64,000 bases of DNA from Clostridiaceae bacterium (GTDB taxonomy: Bacteria > Bacillota > Clostridia > Saccharofermentanales > DTU023). A program made the position numbers and the translations under genes. The stretch lies in assembly GCA_012522435.1 (NCBI GenBank), contig JAAYKK010000055.1:2327-66326 (forward strand), written 5' to 3'. Positions 48,189 through 59,221 of the stretch are shown here, piece after piece. The notes beneath the pieces were generated by a model, which saw nothing but the letters and a program-made list of their open reading frames with translations, did no database searches and was not told the DNA's origin. Positions within the stretch are counted from its first letter, which is position 1. Every line of letters starts with the position of its first letter.

Positions 48189-50552
48189 ATGACAAAAAAG
48201 AATAATAATAAAAACAAACGAATACCGGTAGTACCTCTACGCGGTATTGTTGCTTACCCTAAATTAACCCTGGCTTTTGATGCCGGACGTACAGGAACAC
48301 TTGCTGCTTTAGATAAAGCATTGAACTCGGATCGTAAAGTACTTTTGCTTGCTCAAAAAGACTTGGAAGTAGATAATCCGATGGCAGCTGATTTATATCG
48401 GGTCGGTACGATTGCAGATATAGTTCAAGTACTTGAAGTTAAAAATGATTATTTTAAAATATTAACTGAAGGTATTGAAAGAGCAAAAGTAAACCGTTTG
48501 GTCAGAAAAGGCAAAGGTTTTTATGTTGCAGATTATGAGGAATATCCGAGGGCGCCCTTTCATGTTACATCAAAATTGATGGATGAATTAAAAATTGAAG
48601 CTGCGCATCGTGAGATCATCAAGCTGTTTGAAACCTATGCGGTTGAAACCGGTACGGTTCCTCCTGATGCAATTTCTTTTGCCAAAACTCTTAAAGATTA
48701 TGATCAATTGATCGATTTGGTCAGTGTTCATGTGAATTTTAAATTAGAACGTAAGCAAGCCTTGTTGGAAGAACAAGATTTGAGTAAAAGATTAGATCAG
48801 ATTATCTTATCTCTCAGCCAAGAGCTCAAGTTATTTCAATATGGTCAAGAAATTAATCGAAAAGTAAAAAAATCAATTGATAAACAACAAAGAGATTACT
48901 TTTTACGTGAACAAATGCGTACGATAGAGGATGAATTATCCGGAGAACAAAGTGAGCTCTCAGAAGCAGCCCGTTTGAGGGAATTATTTGCTGAAAGTTC
49001 TATCCCGGAAGATTATCGTGAAAAGGTTGAACGTGAAATTGACCGAGTAGCTAGAATGCCGGCGAATTTTCCTGAAGCTTCGGTACAGATAAATTGGCTT
49101 GAACTGGTGCTGAATTTGCCTTTTGGCAAAACAGATGTTGAAAAACTTGATTTAAAATCTGCACGTAAGATCTTAGATCGCGACCATTATGGACTGAAAG
49201 ATGTTAAACAGCGGATTATTGAATACTTAGCTGTTAGAAAATTACAGGTCGAGCAAGGCATTAAGAAAATGAGAGGACCGATCCTCTGTTTGGTTGGGCC
49301 TCCGGGTGTCGGTAAAACATCAATTGCAAAATCTATAGCCGAAGCTATCGGAAGAAAATATATCAGAATGTCTTTAGGCGGAATTAGAGATGAATCTGAA
49401 ATCCGAGGACATCGCAGAACATATGTCGGTGCGATGGCAGGCCGAATCATGCAAGGAATCAGTCATGTAGATATCGATAATCCCCTATTTTTGCTGGATG
49501 AAATTGATAAGTTGGGCCATGACTTTAGAGGTGATCCGTCTTCTGCTTTACTTGAAGTTCTGGATCCTGAGCAAAATGATAATTTCCGTGATCACTATGT
49601 CGAGATACCTTATGATTTATCTCATGTTTTATTTGTGACAACAGCAAATACAATAGAAGGAATCCCCGGACCTTTATTTGATCGGATGGAGCTAATCCAA
49701 TTGTCCGGTTATACCGAAGTAGAAAAGGTTGAAATTGCCAAACGCCATCTTTTGCCAAAACAGATCGAGGCAAACGGTTTAACAGCAAAACAACTCAGCT
49801 TAACTGACGGAGCTTTGAAGAGTCTTATTGCTTGGTATACTGCAGAAGCAGGTGTACGTCAATTAGAAAGAGAACTTGCCAGAGTTTGTCGTAGAGTTGC
49901 CATAAGAATAGCTGAAGACGAGATTAAGAGTTTTCGTGTCAAGCAAACAGATTTGGAAGAATTGCTCGGCAACCGTAAGTATTTCTTTGATTTGGCGGAA
50001 AAAGAAGATCTGCTGGGCAGCGCGACCGGACTTGCATGGACTTATGCAGGTGGCGATACTTTAACAATTGAAGTAAATATTTTGCCGGGTAGCGGAAAAT
50101 TAGAATTAACCGGACAATTAGGTGATGTGATGAAAGAAAGTGCCAAAGCGGCCCTTACCTATTGTCGCAGTCGTTCAGAAGAATTGAATATGGCGGAAGA
50201 TTTTATCACCAAAAATGATATCCATATCCATGTTCCTGCAGGAGCTGTGCCTAAAGATGGTCCATCTGCGGGAATTACCATGGCTACAGCATTAGCATCG
50301 GCAATCAGTGGCAAAAAAGTGCGCCATGATTTAGCAATGACTGGTGAGATTTCTTTAAGAGGCCGTGTGTTACGTATTGGTGGTCTAAAAGAAAAATCTG
50401 TAGCAGCACATAGAGCAAAAATAAAGGAAATTTTAATCCCGAAAGAGAATGAACCTGATTTGGAAGATGTTCCGGAGTCGGTGCTCAACAATCTAAAAAT
50501 TACACCTGTTGAGACAATGGATGATGTATTGAGAATTGCATTGGTAGAATAA
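48189..50552 (+). CDS. lon: ATP-dependent Lon protease (LonA)
   Basis: LON N-domain, Walker [10 protein letters not shown] and protease motif [15 protein letters not shown]. Confidence 0.96.
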   Translation: MTKKNNNKNKRIPVVPLRGIVAYPKLTLAFDAGRTGTLAALDKALNSDRKVLLLAQKDLEVDNPMAADLYRVGTIADIVQVLEVKNDYFKILTEGIERAKVNRLVRKGKGFYVADYEEYPRAPFHVTSKLMDELKIEAAHREIIKLFETYAVETGTVPPDAISFAKTLKDYDQLIDLVSVHVNFKLERKQALLEEQDLSKRLDQIILSLSQELKLFQYGQEINRKVKKSIDKQQRDYFLREQMRTIEDELSGEQSELSEAARLRELFAESSIPEDYREKVEREIDRVARMPANFPEASVQINWLELVLNLPFGKTDVEKLDLKSARKILDRDHYGLKDVKQRIIEYLAVRKLQVEQGIKKMRGPILCLVGPPGVGKTSIAKSIAEAIGRKYIRMSLGGIRDESEIRGHRRTYVGAMAGRIMQGISHVDIDNPLFLLDEIDKLGHDFRGDPSSALLEVLDPEQNDNFRDHYVEIPYDLSHVLFVTTANTIEGIPGPLFDRMELIQLSGYTEVEKVEIAKRHLLPKQIEANGLTAKQLSLTDGALKSLIAWYTAEAGVRQLERELARVCRRVAIRIAEDEIKSFRVKQTDLEELLGNRKYFFDLAEKEDLLGSATGLAWTYAGGDTLTIEVNILPGSGKLELTGQLGDVMKESAKAALTYCRSRSEELNMAEDFITKNDIHIHVPAGAVPKDGPSAGITMATALASAISGKKVRHDLAMTGEISLRGRVLRIGGLKEKSVAAHRAKIKEILIPKENEPDLEDVPESVLNNLKITPVETMDDVLRIALVE

Positions 50553-50589
50553 ATCTATTAATAACTAAATTTGGGATAAGGTGAAAATT

Positions 50590-50862
50590 ATGCTGCTTGA
50601 AGGAAAGATATTTTCCGGAGATCATGTTGACAAAATTGCAGTTAAACCTGTAGAAATAAGAGAGAATGTCAGTCTGACCAAATCTTTAGATATAGCATTG
50701 GTTGAGTTGTGCCACGAATTAACCTTGCCCAGTCTGATGTGGTTTTCAAAAAACACCAGAGAGTTTGCTAAATATAGACAAACTATATTTTTTCCTGAAC
50801 AGTTTTCAGAACCTGTAAAATTTACTCAATTCCAAATCAAATTAGTTGATGTCCACGAGTAG
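50590..50862 (+). CDS. Hypothetical protein (90 aa)
   Basis: ORF with an AAGGTG SD, lying between lon and mazG. No motif recognised. Confidence 0.4.
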   Translation: MLLEGKIFSGDHVDKIAVKPVEIRENVSLTKSLDIALVELCHELTLPSLMWFSKNTREFAKYRQTIFFPEQFSEPVKFTQFQIKLVDVHE

Positions 50863-50902
50863 AGATCAGCAATAATTTTTTAATAATTAATAAAGGATTA
50901 AG

Positions 50903-51736
50903 ATGTCGGAACAGAAAAGATTACAAGCACAAGATTTCAAACTAAAAGATAATTATACTTGGCAAGAGTTATTAGACATTTTTTATTTTTTACGCAGTGA
51001 ACAAGGTTGTCCCTGGGATCAAAAACAAACTCATCAGAGTATACGTTCCAATATGATTGAAGAAGCCTATGAAGCGGTTGAAGCAATAGACGAACAAGAT
51101 CCGGCGAAATTGAAAGATGAATTGGGTGACGTACTGTTGCAAGTAATTTTTCACGCCCAAATATCAGCTGAGGATCAAGAGTTTGAGATGCAAGATGTAA
51201 TCAATAATTTAGCTCAAAAATTAATTAGACGTCACACCCATATTTTTGCTGAAGACTCTGCAAAAACTGAACAGGATGCTCTGAATACTTGGCAAAAAAA
51301 TAAGATTAAAGAAAAAGGTCAAAAAACAATTGCCGATTCATTGGAAGATGTTCCTAAAAGTTTTCCTGCTCTAAGCAAAGCCTATAAAGTTCAAAAAAAG
51401 GCAGCAAAGGTCGGATTTGACTGGGATAATGCAGAAGATACGATTGCCAAGATTTTCGAAGAACTAAATGAAGTTAAACAAGCAAAACAAACGTCTGATT
51501 TAAACTTAGAACTGGAAGCCGGTGATCTTTTATTTGCTGTGGTCAATTATTTAAGACACTTACAAATAGACCCGGAAATAGCTTTGAACCGTGCGACTGA
51601 GAAATTTCAAAATCGATTCAGAATCCTTGAACAAATGATCAAGCAAGATAGTCTTAAAATCGAGAATTTAAATCTAGTCGAATTAGATAAATATTGGGAA
51701 TATGCCAAATTGGAGGAACAGGATGCGTCTAGATAA
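50903..51736 (+). CDS. mazG: Nucleoside triphosphate pyrophosphohydrolase MazG (tandem MazG domains)
   Basis: [17 protein letters not shown] and ELGDVLLQV motifs, plus a second repeat [11 protein letters not shown]. Confidence 0.92.
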   Translation: MSEQKRLQAQDFKLKDNYTWQELLDIFYFLRSEQGCPWDQKQTHQSIRSNMIEEAYEAVEAIDEQDPAKLKDELGDVLLQVIFHAQISAEDQEFEMQDVINNLAQKLIRRHTHIFAEDSAKTEQDALNTWQKNKIKEKGQKTIADSLEDVPKSFPALSKAYKVQKKAAKVGFDWDNAEDTIAKIFEELNEVKQAKQTSDLNLELEAGDLLFAVVNYLRHLQIDPEIALNRATEKFQNRFRILEQMIKQDSLKIENLNLVELDKYWEYAKLEEQDASR

Positions 51737-51962
51737 ATTTCTTAAAGTTTCACGTTTAATAAAAAGAAGAACTGTTGCGAATAATTTAGCAGAAGCAGGG
51801 CGGGTTAAAGTAAATGACCGCGTGGCTAAACCGGGTACTAAAATTCAAATAGGTGACAGAATATGCTTTGCTTTTGGTGAACAAGAAACTGAAGTTGAAG
51901 TAAAAAAACTGGCAAATTCTGCACGCAAAGAAGAAGCTGCGGAGATGTACACATTACTTTAG
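51723..51962 (+). CDS. rqcP: S4-domain RNA-binding protein YabO/RqcP (Hsp15-like)
   Basis: [18 protein letters not shown]4 motif. ATG at 51723 behind GGAGGA. Conserved position after mazG. Confidence 0.85.
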   Translation: MRLDKFLKVSRLIKRRTVANNLAEAGRVKVNDRVAKPGTKIQIGDRICFAFGEQETEVEVKKLANSARKEEAAEMYTLL

Positions 51963-52053
51963 AATTTAAAACTTATAGTATTACAAACTGATTACGTTAA
52001 ATTAACGATTTGACAGTTTAACCAAAAAAACGGCTTTTCCTATCCAGATATTA

Positions 52054-52082
52054 TTGTAAATAGAATGCTTAATCGGTAGAAT
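52054..52082 (+). promoter_or_regulatory. Sigma-A promoter upstream of divIC/ftsB
   Basis: TTGTAA (52054-59), 17-nt spacer, TAGAAT (52077-82). Confidence 0.55.
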
Positions 52083-52131
52083 ATTATCTGTAGTGATCTT
52101 TTACGCTACATCTTACTAGGAAGGTTAAGCA

Positions 52132-52464
52132 ATGAGTTCTCCCGGATATTTCTCTTATTCAAAACAAGAACGCCAATACAAAAAAAGAACCGAGCGTAAT
52201 ATTATTGGAAAAATTGTACTTGGACTGATTTTTGTCATCTCTTTGGCAATTGCTTTTTCGATTATTGTTGATCAAAATCGAGAAATGGAACGTTTAAAAA
52301 TTAAGGAACGGGATCTTCAGATTGAGCTTGATTTAGCTGAAATGGAACAAGCTGAAATTCAAGAATTAAAGACAAAAATTGGAACAAATGAATTCATTGA
52401 AAGAATTGCCAGAGATGAATTAGGTTTGGTAACTTCCGAAGAATATATTTTTATTGACGACTAA
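52132..52464 (+). CDS. divIC: Septum formation initiator DivIC/FtsB family
   Basis: 110 aa. Single TM followed by a coiled coil, and a C-terminal IARDELGLV motif. Confidence 0.85.
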   Translation: MSSPGYFSYSKQERQYKKRTERNIIGKIVLGLIFVISLAIAFSIIVDQNREMERLKIKERDLQIELDLAEMEQAEIQELKTKIGTNEFIERIARDELGLVTSEEYIFIDD

Positions 52465-53067
52465 TTAAAGTTCCTGTCTGCCTTCAAAAGCTTTCGCTAA
52501 TGTAACTTCATCTGCATATTCAATATCTCCGCCCATAGGTAGACCGGAGGCAATTCTGCTGACTCTGATTCCGGACGGTTTAATTAAACGTGACAGATAT
52601 ACTGCAGTTGCCTCACCGTTAACAGTAGGATTTGTAGCTAAGATAATTTCTTCAACTTCAGAATGTTGTTGCAAGCGCACCAGTAGTTCACGTAATTTGA
52701 TATCTTCAGGACCGATATTATCAATTGGCGAAATGGCCCCGTGTAAAACATGGTATAGTCCATCGTATTCATTCATACGTTCCATAGCAGCAACATCACG
52801 TGGCTCTTCAACTATACAAATCATTGTTTTGTCTCGTTTGGCTGAACTGCAAATAGGGCAGGGATCTTTTTCGGTTAAATTGCAACAGACAGAACATAAG
52901 GTGGTAGACATTTTTGCCACGATAATAGAGTCTGACAACTGTTTAACCGAATCCTCATTTAAGGATAAAATATGAAAAGCCAGTCGCTGAGCTGTCTTTG
53001 AACCGATGCCCGGCAACTTTCCTAACTCTTGAATAAGTTTTGCAATTGCAAGCGGGAATTGTTGCAT
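52465..53067 (-). CDS. recR: Recombination protein RecR
   Basis: [15 protein letters not shown] HhH, C4 zinc finger (CSVC...CPIC) and a Toprim region. Confidence 0.96.
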   Translation of the reverse strand: MQQFPLAIAKLIQELGKLPGIGSKTAQRLAFHILSLNEDSVKQLSDSIIVAKMSTTLCSVCCNLTEKDPCPICSSAKRDKTMICIVEEPRDVAAMERMNEYDGLYHVLHGAISPIDNIGPEDIKLRELLVRLQQHSEVEEIILATNPTVNGEATAVYLSRLIKPSGIRVSRIASGLPMGGDIEYADEVTLAKAFEGRQEL

Positions 53068-53070
53068 AGT

Positions 53071-53430
53071 TTATAAACCGAACATGCCCAAGTTTCCGGC
53101 ACCACCGGTAGCTTTAGCCATATGTGCTTCAACTTTTTCATCTAAAGTACGGTTTGCTTCATTCACGGCAGCAATGAATAAATCCTGCAACATTTCCGGA
53201 TCTTCCGGATCAATAACCATCGGGTCAATTTTTAGGTCGACTATTTGATGTTCGCTATTGACTTTTACTTCGATCATTCCGCCACCGACAGTTGCTTCGC
53301 CTGTTATCTCGGCTGCTTCTTCTTGAGCTTTTTCTATATCACGTTGCATTTTTTGCGCTTGTTGCATTAAATGATTCATATTAGGAGCGCCACCACCATG
53401 GAAACCGCCTCCGCCTCTTCTTCTTGCCAT
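53071..53430 (-). CDS. ebfC: Nucleoid-associated protein YbaB/EbfC
   Basis: 119 aa. MQQAQKMQRDIEKAQEE...GGGMIEV pattern. Lies between dnaX and recR. Confidence 0.92.
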   Translation of the reverse strand: MARRRGGGGFHGGGAPNMNHLMQQAQKMQRDIEKAQEEAAEITGEATVGGGMIEVKVNSEHQIVDLKIDPMVIDPEDPEMLQDLFIAAVNEANRTLDEKVEAHMAKATGGAGNLGMFGL

Positions 53431-53433
53431 ATA

Positions 53434-55110
53434 TTAGTCCTCCACTTTCATAGGAATATTTAAATCTTTAGCCATTTGTCTGACTTCTTTCATCCAAGTA
53501 GGTTCATCCGGATTCAAGTTGTTCTCCGGGCTGGCTTGGTTTTCTGCCAAACAGATATCTAAACGGACATCCTGATCGCCTGTTGAATTTTGTAAAGCTT
53601 TTTCAATAAGTTGTTTATTCTCTTTTTCACTGACTGCTTTACAATGGCTCTGCAAATTACCTTGATATGTAATATGCCACTGATTGTTATTACATTCAAC
53701 ATTAGCAGGTGAGAGTAACATCTTCAAATCAATACGATGTTCTTTTGCTAAAAAATCCAATACCTGCTGCCATTGCTGATGTTGATCAGATGGTAGTTCT
53801 GATTGCTGATCTTTTACTTGCTCTTGCTTAGCGGATACAGTTTCTGTCTGTGGTTCAGGTTCAACTTGTGGTTTAACTTCCGGCTTAGGCTCGGATATCT
53901 TTTCTACTTGTACTTCAGGTTGAATAGCTTCGTTAGTAATAGATTGAGTAACAGTTTTTTCAATCTGGCTTATTTGTTTTATTCTTGTTTGTTCTTCAGA
54001 ACAAGTATTACCAAGAGTTGCTTGATACTGGTTTAGGATTTTTATTAAACCGACTTCAATTGCAATTCTGATATCTCCGCTAAATTTTAATTCAGATGAT
54101 AATTTAGAAATTTCTTCAATCCAATTTAATAATATCGTCTCTGAAATTTGATTGGCTGATCGAACAATTTGCTCTAAATCCTGATCGGATAAGCCAAACC
54201 AATCTTCAGTTGTTCCGGTCAATTTCGTGACCAAAAGATTGCGTAAGAACTGAGCAAATTCTGTTACAAAGCGTTCTAAATCACGGCCGGACATTACTAA
54301 TTCATCTATTAAACTTAATATTTTTTGCAGATCGTTTTGTAAAAGAGCTGAAGTGAGTACCAGCATAAATTGATCTTGCACAATACCTACCATATCGAAC
54401 AATTTCTCTCTGGTGATAGGAGCCTCAATGCCGGAACTGGCTTGATCTAACAAAGAGATAGCATCTCTTAGGGCGCCGTCAGATAATTGCGCGATCGATA
54501 AGATTGCTAATTCATCAATATCAATTTGATCAATTTCTGCTATATCGATCAATTTGTGGATGATTGCATCTTGCGGTATTCTGCGAAAATCAAAACGTTG
54601 GCAACGTGAAGTTACTGTTGCCGGTATACGATAGGGTTCAGTAGTTGCTAAAATAAAAATTGCATGTTCCGGAGGTTCTTCAAGAGTCTTCAATAATGCG
54701 TTGAAAGCACCCGTTGAAAGCATGTGAACCTCATCAATAATATATACTTTGTACTTTGCCCTGGTTGGCATGAAAACAATTTCGTCAGTAATTCTTCGAA
54801 TATTATCGACGCTATTATTTGAAGCGGCATCTATTTCCATTACATCTAGTAAAGATCCATCATTGATCGTCTGACAAATCTCGCATTGATTGCAGGGATT
54901 GCCTTCAGACGGATTTAAACAATTGACCGCTTTTGCCAGAATCTTGGCAACCGATGTCTTACCGGTACCTCTGGTACCGCTGAACAAATACGCATGCCCG
55001 ATTTCACCATTAATAATTGACTGTTTTAATGGATAAACTACTTGTTTTTGTGCTACAACATCGGAAAAAGTCTGAGGACGCCATTCACGGTAAAGGGCAA
55101 TTCGACTCAT
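53434..55110 (-). CDS. dnaX: DNA polymerase III subunits gamma/tau
   Basis: YREWRPQTF, GTRGTGKTS, zinc module CNQCEIC and SRCQRF. I moved the start to the ATG at 55110 behind an AGGAGG SD. The track's 19-aa extension overlaps the SRP RNA. Confidence 0.95.
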   Translation of the reverse strand: MSRIALYREWRPQTFSDVVAQKQVVYPLKQSIINGEIGHAYLFSGTRGTGKTSVAKILAKAVNCLNPSEGNPCNQCEICQTINDGSLLDVMEIDAASNNSVDNIRRITDEIVFMPTRAKYKVYIIDEVHMLSTGAFNALLKTLEEPPEHAIFILATTEPYRIPATVTSRCQRFDFRRIPQDAIIHKLIDIAEIDQIDIDELAILSIAQLSDGALRDAISLLDQASSGIEAPITREKLFDMVGIVQDQFMLVLTSALLQNDLQKILSLIDELVMSGRDLERFVTEFAQFLRNLLVTKLTGTTEDWFGLSDQDLEQIVRSANQISETILLNWIEEISKLSSELKFSGDIRIAIEVGLIKILNQYQATLGNTCSEEQTRIKQISQIEKTVTQSITNEAIQPEVQVEKISEPKPEVKPQVEPEPQTETVSAKQEQVKDQQSELPSDQHQQWQQVLDFLAKEHRIDLKMLLSPANVECNNNQWHITYQGNLQSHCKAVSEKENKQLIEKALQNSTGDQDVRLDICLAENQASPENNLNPDEPTWMKEVRQMAKDLNIPMKVED

Positions 55111-55130
55111 AAAACCTCCTAAAAGGATTC

Positions 55131-55270
55131 GCCACATTTGATCTGCGACCGGTGCAGATCTACCCATGGCACATGCCAGGATTCGCTTACCGCTGCTTCC
55201 TTCCGAACCTGACGGAGTTCACGAGCTGACATTGCACGGAACCCACAATCGGCCGCAGATCAATTGTGGC
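55131..55270 (-). ncRNA. ffs: Signal recognition particle RNA (ffs/scr); ends approximate
   Basis: The minus strand reads ...GTCAGGTTCGGAAGGAAGCAGCGGTAAG..., the conserved helix-8/domain IV motif. Terminal helix GCCACAATTGATCTGCG/CGCAGATCAAATGTGGC. A TGtTATAAT extended -10 lies at 55285-55293 (minus). It sits in the canonical position upstream of dnaX. Confidence 0.85.
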
Positions 55271-55387
55271 GATTAACGAAAACCATTATAACAAAAATAT
55301 GAGATATTTTCATCTTATGCTATAATCTTAATTTCATTCAAGAGAACGACAATTATGTTTATTTAAGAAACAGAGAGGTTTATCCGT

Positions 55388-57118
55388 ATGCTAAGAAAAA
55401 CTGGCAAATATTTCAAAGGGTATGTTCTTTTTGCAGTTCTTACTCCTATATTAATGATTTTAGAAGTTGTTGTTGATGTGATTATTCCATCGCTGATGAG
55501 AAGTACAATAAATGGAGGTGTTTTGGCAGGTAATGTTAATTTAGTCTATCGAAACGGCCTCTATATGATAATTGCAGCTATTTTTGCTTTTCTAGTTGGA
55601 GGTATCAGCACATACTTTGGAGCCCGAGCCGGGCAAGGTTTAGGGAAAAATCTGAGATTAGCAGTCTTTAATAGAGTACAAACTTTTTCTTTTGCAAATT
55701 TAGATAAATTTGAGGTTTCTTCTTTAATAACCCGTTTGACCAATGACATTGAAATTGTATCTGACATAGCAAGAATGTCGCTCAGAATTTCGGTTCGAGC
55801 TCCGTTCTTGTTTATTATGGCTACAATTATGGCTGTCAGAATAAATACCCAATTATCTTTGATCTTTATAGTTGCTTTGCCATTGATGGCTTTTGGTGTC
55901 TTTTTAACTTTGAAATTTGGTTTGCCCAGATTTAGAAAATATCAAACTAAGATAGATAGTATTAATAGAAGAACACAGGAAAACCTCACTGCAATAAGAG
56001 TTGTTAAAGCCTTTGTCAGAGAAGATTTTGAAATAGAGAAATTTGAAACTCAGAACAAAAAACTTGTCAGAAGTGCTTTGAACGCTATGAATTTGATGAT
56101 TCTGATCATGCCTTTCATGATGTTGATCATGTATGCAGTTATCGTAGCTGTACTTTGGTTCGGTGGAAATTTTATGCTGCAAGGCGGTATGCAAGCCGGT
56201 GATCTTTTCAGCTACATTATGTATGTCGGACAAATACTGATGGCAGTTATGCATGTTGCGATGATTATGATGAATTTTTCAAGAGCTAGAGCATCTGTCG
56301 AAAGAATATTTGAAGTCTTGGAAACAGAGCCGGAATTTTTGGAATCTGTTGATCAAGGTTTGACCGAGGTTCCAAACGGTTCAATCAAATTTAAAAATGT
56401 TTCATTCAAATATCCCGGTAATCAGCACTTCAGTCTGAAAAATATTAACCTGGAAATTGATTCAGGGTCAACTTTGGCTGTGATCGGTTCAACCGGATCC
56501 TCAAAATCAACCTTAGTTCATCTAATTCCCAGACTTTATGATGCTACTGAAGGGGAGGTTGAAGTTGGAGGGATTCCGATTAAGGATTACAACCTTAAAA
56601 CTTTACGTGATCAGGTTGCTATTGTCCTACAGGAGAATACACTTTTTTCCGGAACTATTCGTTCAAATATGCAATGGGGAAATAAGGATGCAACCGATCA
56701 AGAGATGATAAAAGCACTTGAGATAAGCCAAGCAGCAGATTTTGTCCTGAATAGAGCCGAAGGTCTTGATGCTAGAGTTGAAAGAGGAGGCACAAATTTC
56801 TCCGGCGGTCAAAAGCAAAGATTATCTATAGCCAGAACATTATTAAAAGAACCTAAGATAATTATCTTTGATGATTCAACATCTGCAGTAGATATGACAA
56901 CGGAAGCTAGAATTAGAGCCGGACTTGATCAACATAATCCGAAGTTAACTAAAATAGTGATTGCTCAACGTATTTCCTCAATTCAAAATGCGGATAAAAT
57001 TGTTGTGATGGATGATGGCAACATCTGTGGTGCGGGTACACATGAAGAATTACTTGAAGATAATAAAATTTATCAAGAAATTTATGAATCTCAGCAGAAA
57101 GGAATGGTGGCAGGATGA
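55388..57118 (+). CDS. ABC transporter permease/ATPase fusion (type I exporter half-transporter)
   Basis: Six-TM domain plus an NBD with GSTGSSKST, LSGGQKQRLSIAR and IIIFDD. Confidence 0.9.
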   Translation: MLRKTGKYFKGYVLFAVLTPILMILEVVVDVIIPSLMRSTINGGVLAGNVNLVYRNGLYMIIAAIFAFLVGGISTYFGARAGQGLGKNLRLAVFNRVQTFSFANLDKFEVSSLITRLTNDIEIVSDIARMSLRISVRAPFLFIMATIMAVRINTQLSLIFIVALPLMAFGVFLTLKFGLPRFRKYQTKIDSINRRTQENLTAIRVVKAFVREDFEIEKFETQNKKLVRSALNAMNLMILIMPFMMLIMYAVIVAVLWFGGNFMLQGGMQAGDLFSYIMYVGQILMAVMHVAMIMMNFSRARASVERIFEVLETEPEFLESVDQGLTEVPNGSIKFKNVSFKYPGNQHFSLKNINLEIDSGSTLAVIGSTGSSKSTLVHLIPRLYDATEGEVEVGGIPIKDYNLKTLRDQVAIVLQENTLFSGTIRSNMQWGNKDATDQEMIKALEISQAADFVLNRAEGLDARVERGGTNFSGGQKQRLSIARTLLKEPKIIIFDDSTSAVDMTTEARIRAGLDQHNPKLTKIVIAQRISSIQNADKIVVMDDGNICGAGTHEELLEDNKIYQEIYESQQKGMVAG

Positions 57119-59010
57119 ATAAGCGAACCCAACCGCGCAGTATCTCCAATACAACAAAAAGACTTTTTAGATATATGAGCCATTACCGGGTCTCTTTGAT
57201 CACGGCAGTTATTGTTGTTGCTCTGTCAGCACTTGGGGCAATCATGGGAAATTATATGATCAGACCGATCGTTAACTCGCTTGTGGCAGGAGAAGGTGTG
57301 GCAACACTGGCTAAATATGTCATTATTACTGCTATTATCTATTTGTTTTCTGTAATCGGACAATATATTTCCGGCCGTTTATTTGTTTATTGTGCAGAAA
57401 ATACTACTGCCAATATTAGAGCTGATGTTTTTAAGCATATTCAAACTTTACCGGTTAGTTTTTTTGATCAAAGGGAGCATGGAGATTTAATGTCTGCCAT
57501 GACCAATGATGTTGACAATATTTCAAGAGCATTAGGTCAATCGCTTTCTAACATTGTAAGATCAATCTTGATGTTTTCCGGTACAATCTTAATCATGTTA
57601 ATATTGAGTCCGATGCTTACTCTATTCAATGTAATCTTACTGGGCTTGCTCTATCTGGCTATTAAAGTAGTAGCAACCCGTAGCTCAAGAGCTTTTCGAT
57701 CAAGACAAACAACATTAGCTAATTTAAACGGTTTTATTGAAGAATATATGAGCGGTCAAAAAGTGATTAAAGTCTATAACCATGAAGAACCGGCAATTAA
57801 AGATTTTTCAGTACATAATGATAACTTATTTGAAGATGCTACCAGAGCTGATACTTTTGCTACTTTGATGTTTCCCTTGACAGGAAATCTGACTTATATT
57901 GTGTTCAGCATTATTGCAATGATCGGTTCATTCATGACAATTAACGGCATGTTCGCGATGGATATTGGAACTTTAGCTTCATATTTGAATTACACCAGAA
58001 ACATATCTCAGCCTTTAACCAATATAGCGAATCAGTTTAATTTAATAGTTGCAGCTTTGGCCGGAGCGGAACGTATTTTTGACATTCTGGATGAGGAATC
58101 TGAAATAGATGAAGGTCAGGTAGAAGTTGTTACAGATCCTGATGGAAAATGTTATTGGCATGTTCCGACGACGCTTTATGATTGTCAGGCAATCATTAAT
58201 AGAACAGAAGAAATGCGCAAGGTAGATTTACCATCGCCTGAATTTGCAGAAAAATATCCGGGTTGTTTGGTTCCTTTACGAGGAGATTTACGTTTTGTAG
58301 ATGTTTCTTTCGGTTATTCTGAAGATCATGATTTAGTTTTAAAAGATGTTTCTTTCTATGCTAAACCGGGACAACGTTTAGCTTTTGTCGGCAGTACCGG
58401 TGCAGGTAAAACTACAATCATCAATTTGATAAATCGTTTTTATGAAATTAATGCCGGACATATTTACTTTGATGGTATTGATATCAGGGACATCAATAAG
58501 CACGATTTACGACATCAATTGGGAATTGTGCTGCAAGACGTTCATCTGTTCGAGGATACGATAAAAGAGAATATCCGCTATGGTAGACTCGATGCAACCG
58601 ATGAAGAAATAATCGCTGCAGCAAAAGCAGCCAATGCCCATGATTTGATCATGCATTTTAATGACGGATATGACATGATGCTCACTACAGACGGGCTCAA
58701 TCTTTCACAAGGCCAGAGACAATTGATCTCAATTGCCAGAGCAGCGATCGATGATCCGCCAATTCTTATCTTGGACGAAGCCACCAGCTCGGTTGATACC
58801 AGAACTGAAAGTTTAATTGGTCAGGGTATGGACGAGTTAATGCAGGAACGTACAGTCTTTGCTATTGCTCATAGACTTTCTACCGTTCGCCATTCGAATG
58901 CAATATTAGTTTTGGAAAACGGGATGATTATTGAGCGTGGAGAACATGATGAATTAATGGATCTTAAAGGACGCTACTATGAGTTTAATGCAGGTATTGT
59001 TGAACTATAA
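57115..59010 (+). CDS. ABC transporter permease/ATPase fusion, heterodimer partner
   Basis: TM domain plus an NBD with GSTGAGKTT, LSQGQRQLISIAR and ILILDE. 4-nt overlap with the upstream half-transporter. Confidence 0.9.
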   Translation: MNKRTQPRSISNTTKRLFRYMSHYRVSLITAVIVVALSALGAIMGNYMIRPIVNSLVAGEGVATLAKYVIITAIIYLFSVIGQYISGRLFVYCAENTTANIRADVFKHIQTLPVSFFDQREHGDLMSAMTNDVDNISRALGQSLSNIVRSILMFSGTILIMLILSPMLTLFNVILLGLLYLAIKVVATRSSRAFRSRQTTLANLNGFIEEYMSGQKVIKVYNHEEPAIKDFSVHNDNLFEDATRADTFATLMFPLTGNLTYIVFSIIAMIGSFMTINGMFAMDIGTLASYLNYTRNISQPLTNIANQFNLIVAALAGAERIFDILDEESEIDEGQVEVVTDPDGKCYWHVPTTLYDCQAIINRTEEMRKVDLPSPEFAEKYPGCLVPLRGDLRFVDVSFGYSEDHDLVLKDVSFYAKPGQRLAFVGSTGAGKTTIINLINRFYEINAGHIYFDGIDIRDINKHDLRHQLGIVLQDVHLFEDTIKENIRYGRLDATDEEIIAAAKAANAHDLIMHFNDGYDMMLTTDGLNLSQGQRQLISIARAAIDDPPILILDEATSSVDTRTESLIGQGMDELMQERTVFAIAHRLSTVRHSNAILVLENGMIIERGEHDELMDLKGRYYEFNAGIVEL

Positions 59011-59055
59011 TTGATATCTGCTTAATTAAAAATCTGATTAGATAATTATGCTTAT

Positions 59056-59093
59056 ATAGCACTCAGACATTCATAGTTTGAGTGCTATTTTTA
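59056..59093 (+). terminator. Intrinsic terminator after the ABC exporter pair
   Basis: ATAGCACTCA-13 nt loop-TGAGTGCTATTTTT. Confidence 0.85.
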
Positions 59094-59221
59094 TCATTAT
59101 TTTCTTTAAATTACTACTTTTCCCCAATATATTTCCCAAATAAACAGTTTATTCTCCCTAGAATTTATTCAAGAGCAAATTATTGAATAAGGATTATGTT
59201 CAATATTTTTAAGGGGGAAAT

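Noticed and set aside
55111-55167. N-terminal 19 codons of the 577-aa dnaX ORF (MGRSAPVADQMWRILLGGF).
   Set aside because: There is no SD at 55167, while a perfect AGGAGG precedes the ATG at 55110. The extension overlaps the SRP RNA 3' helix.
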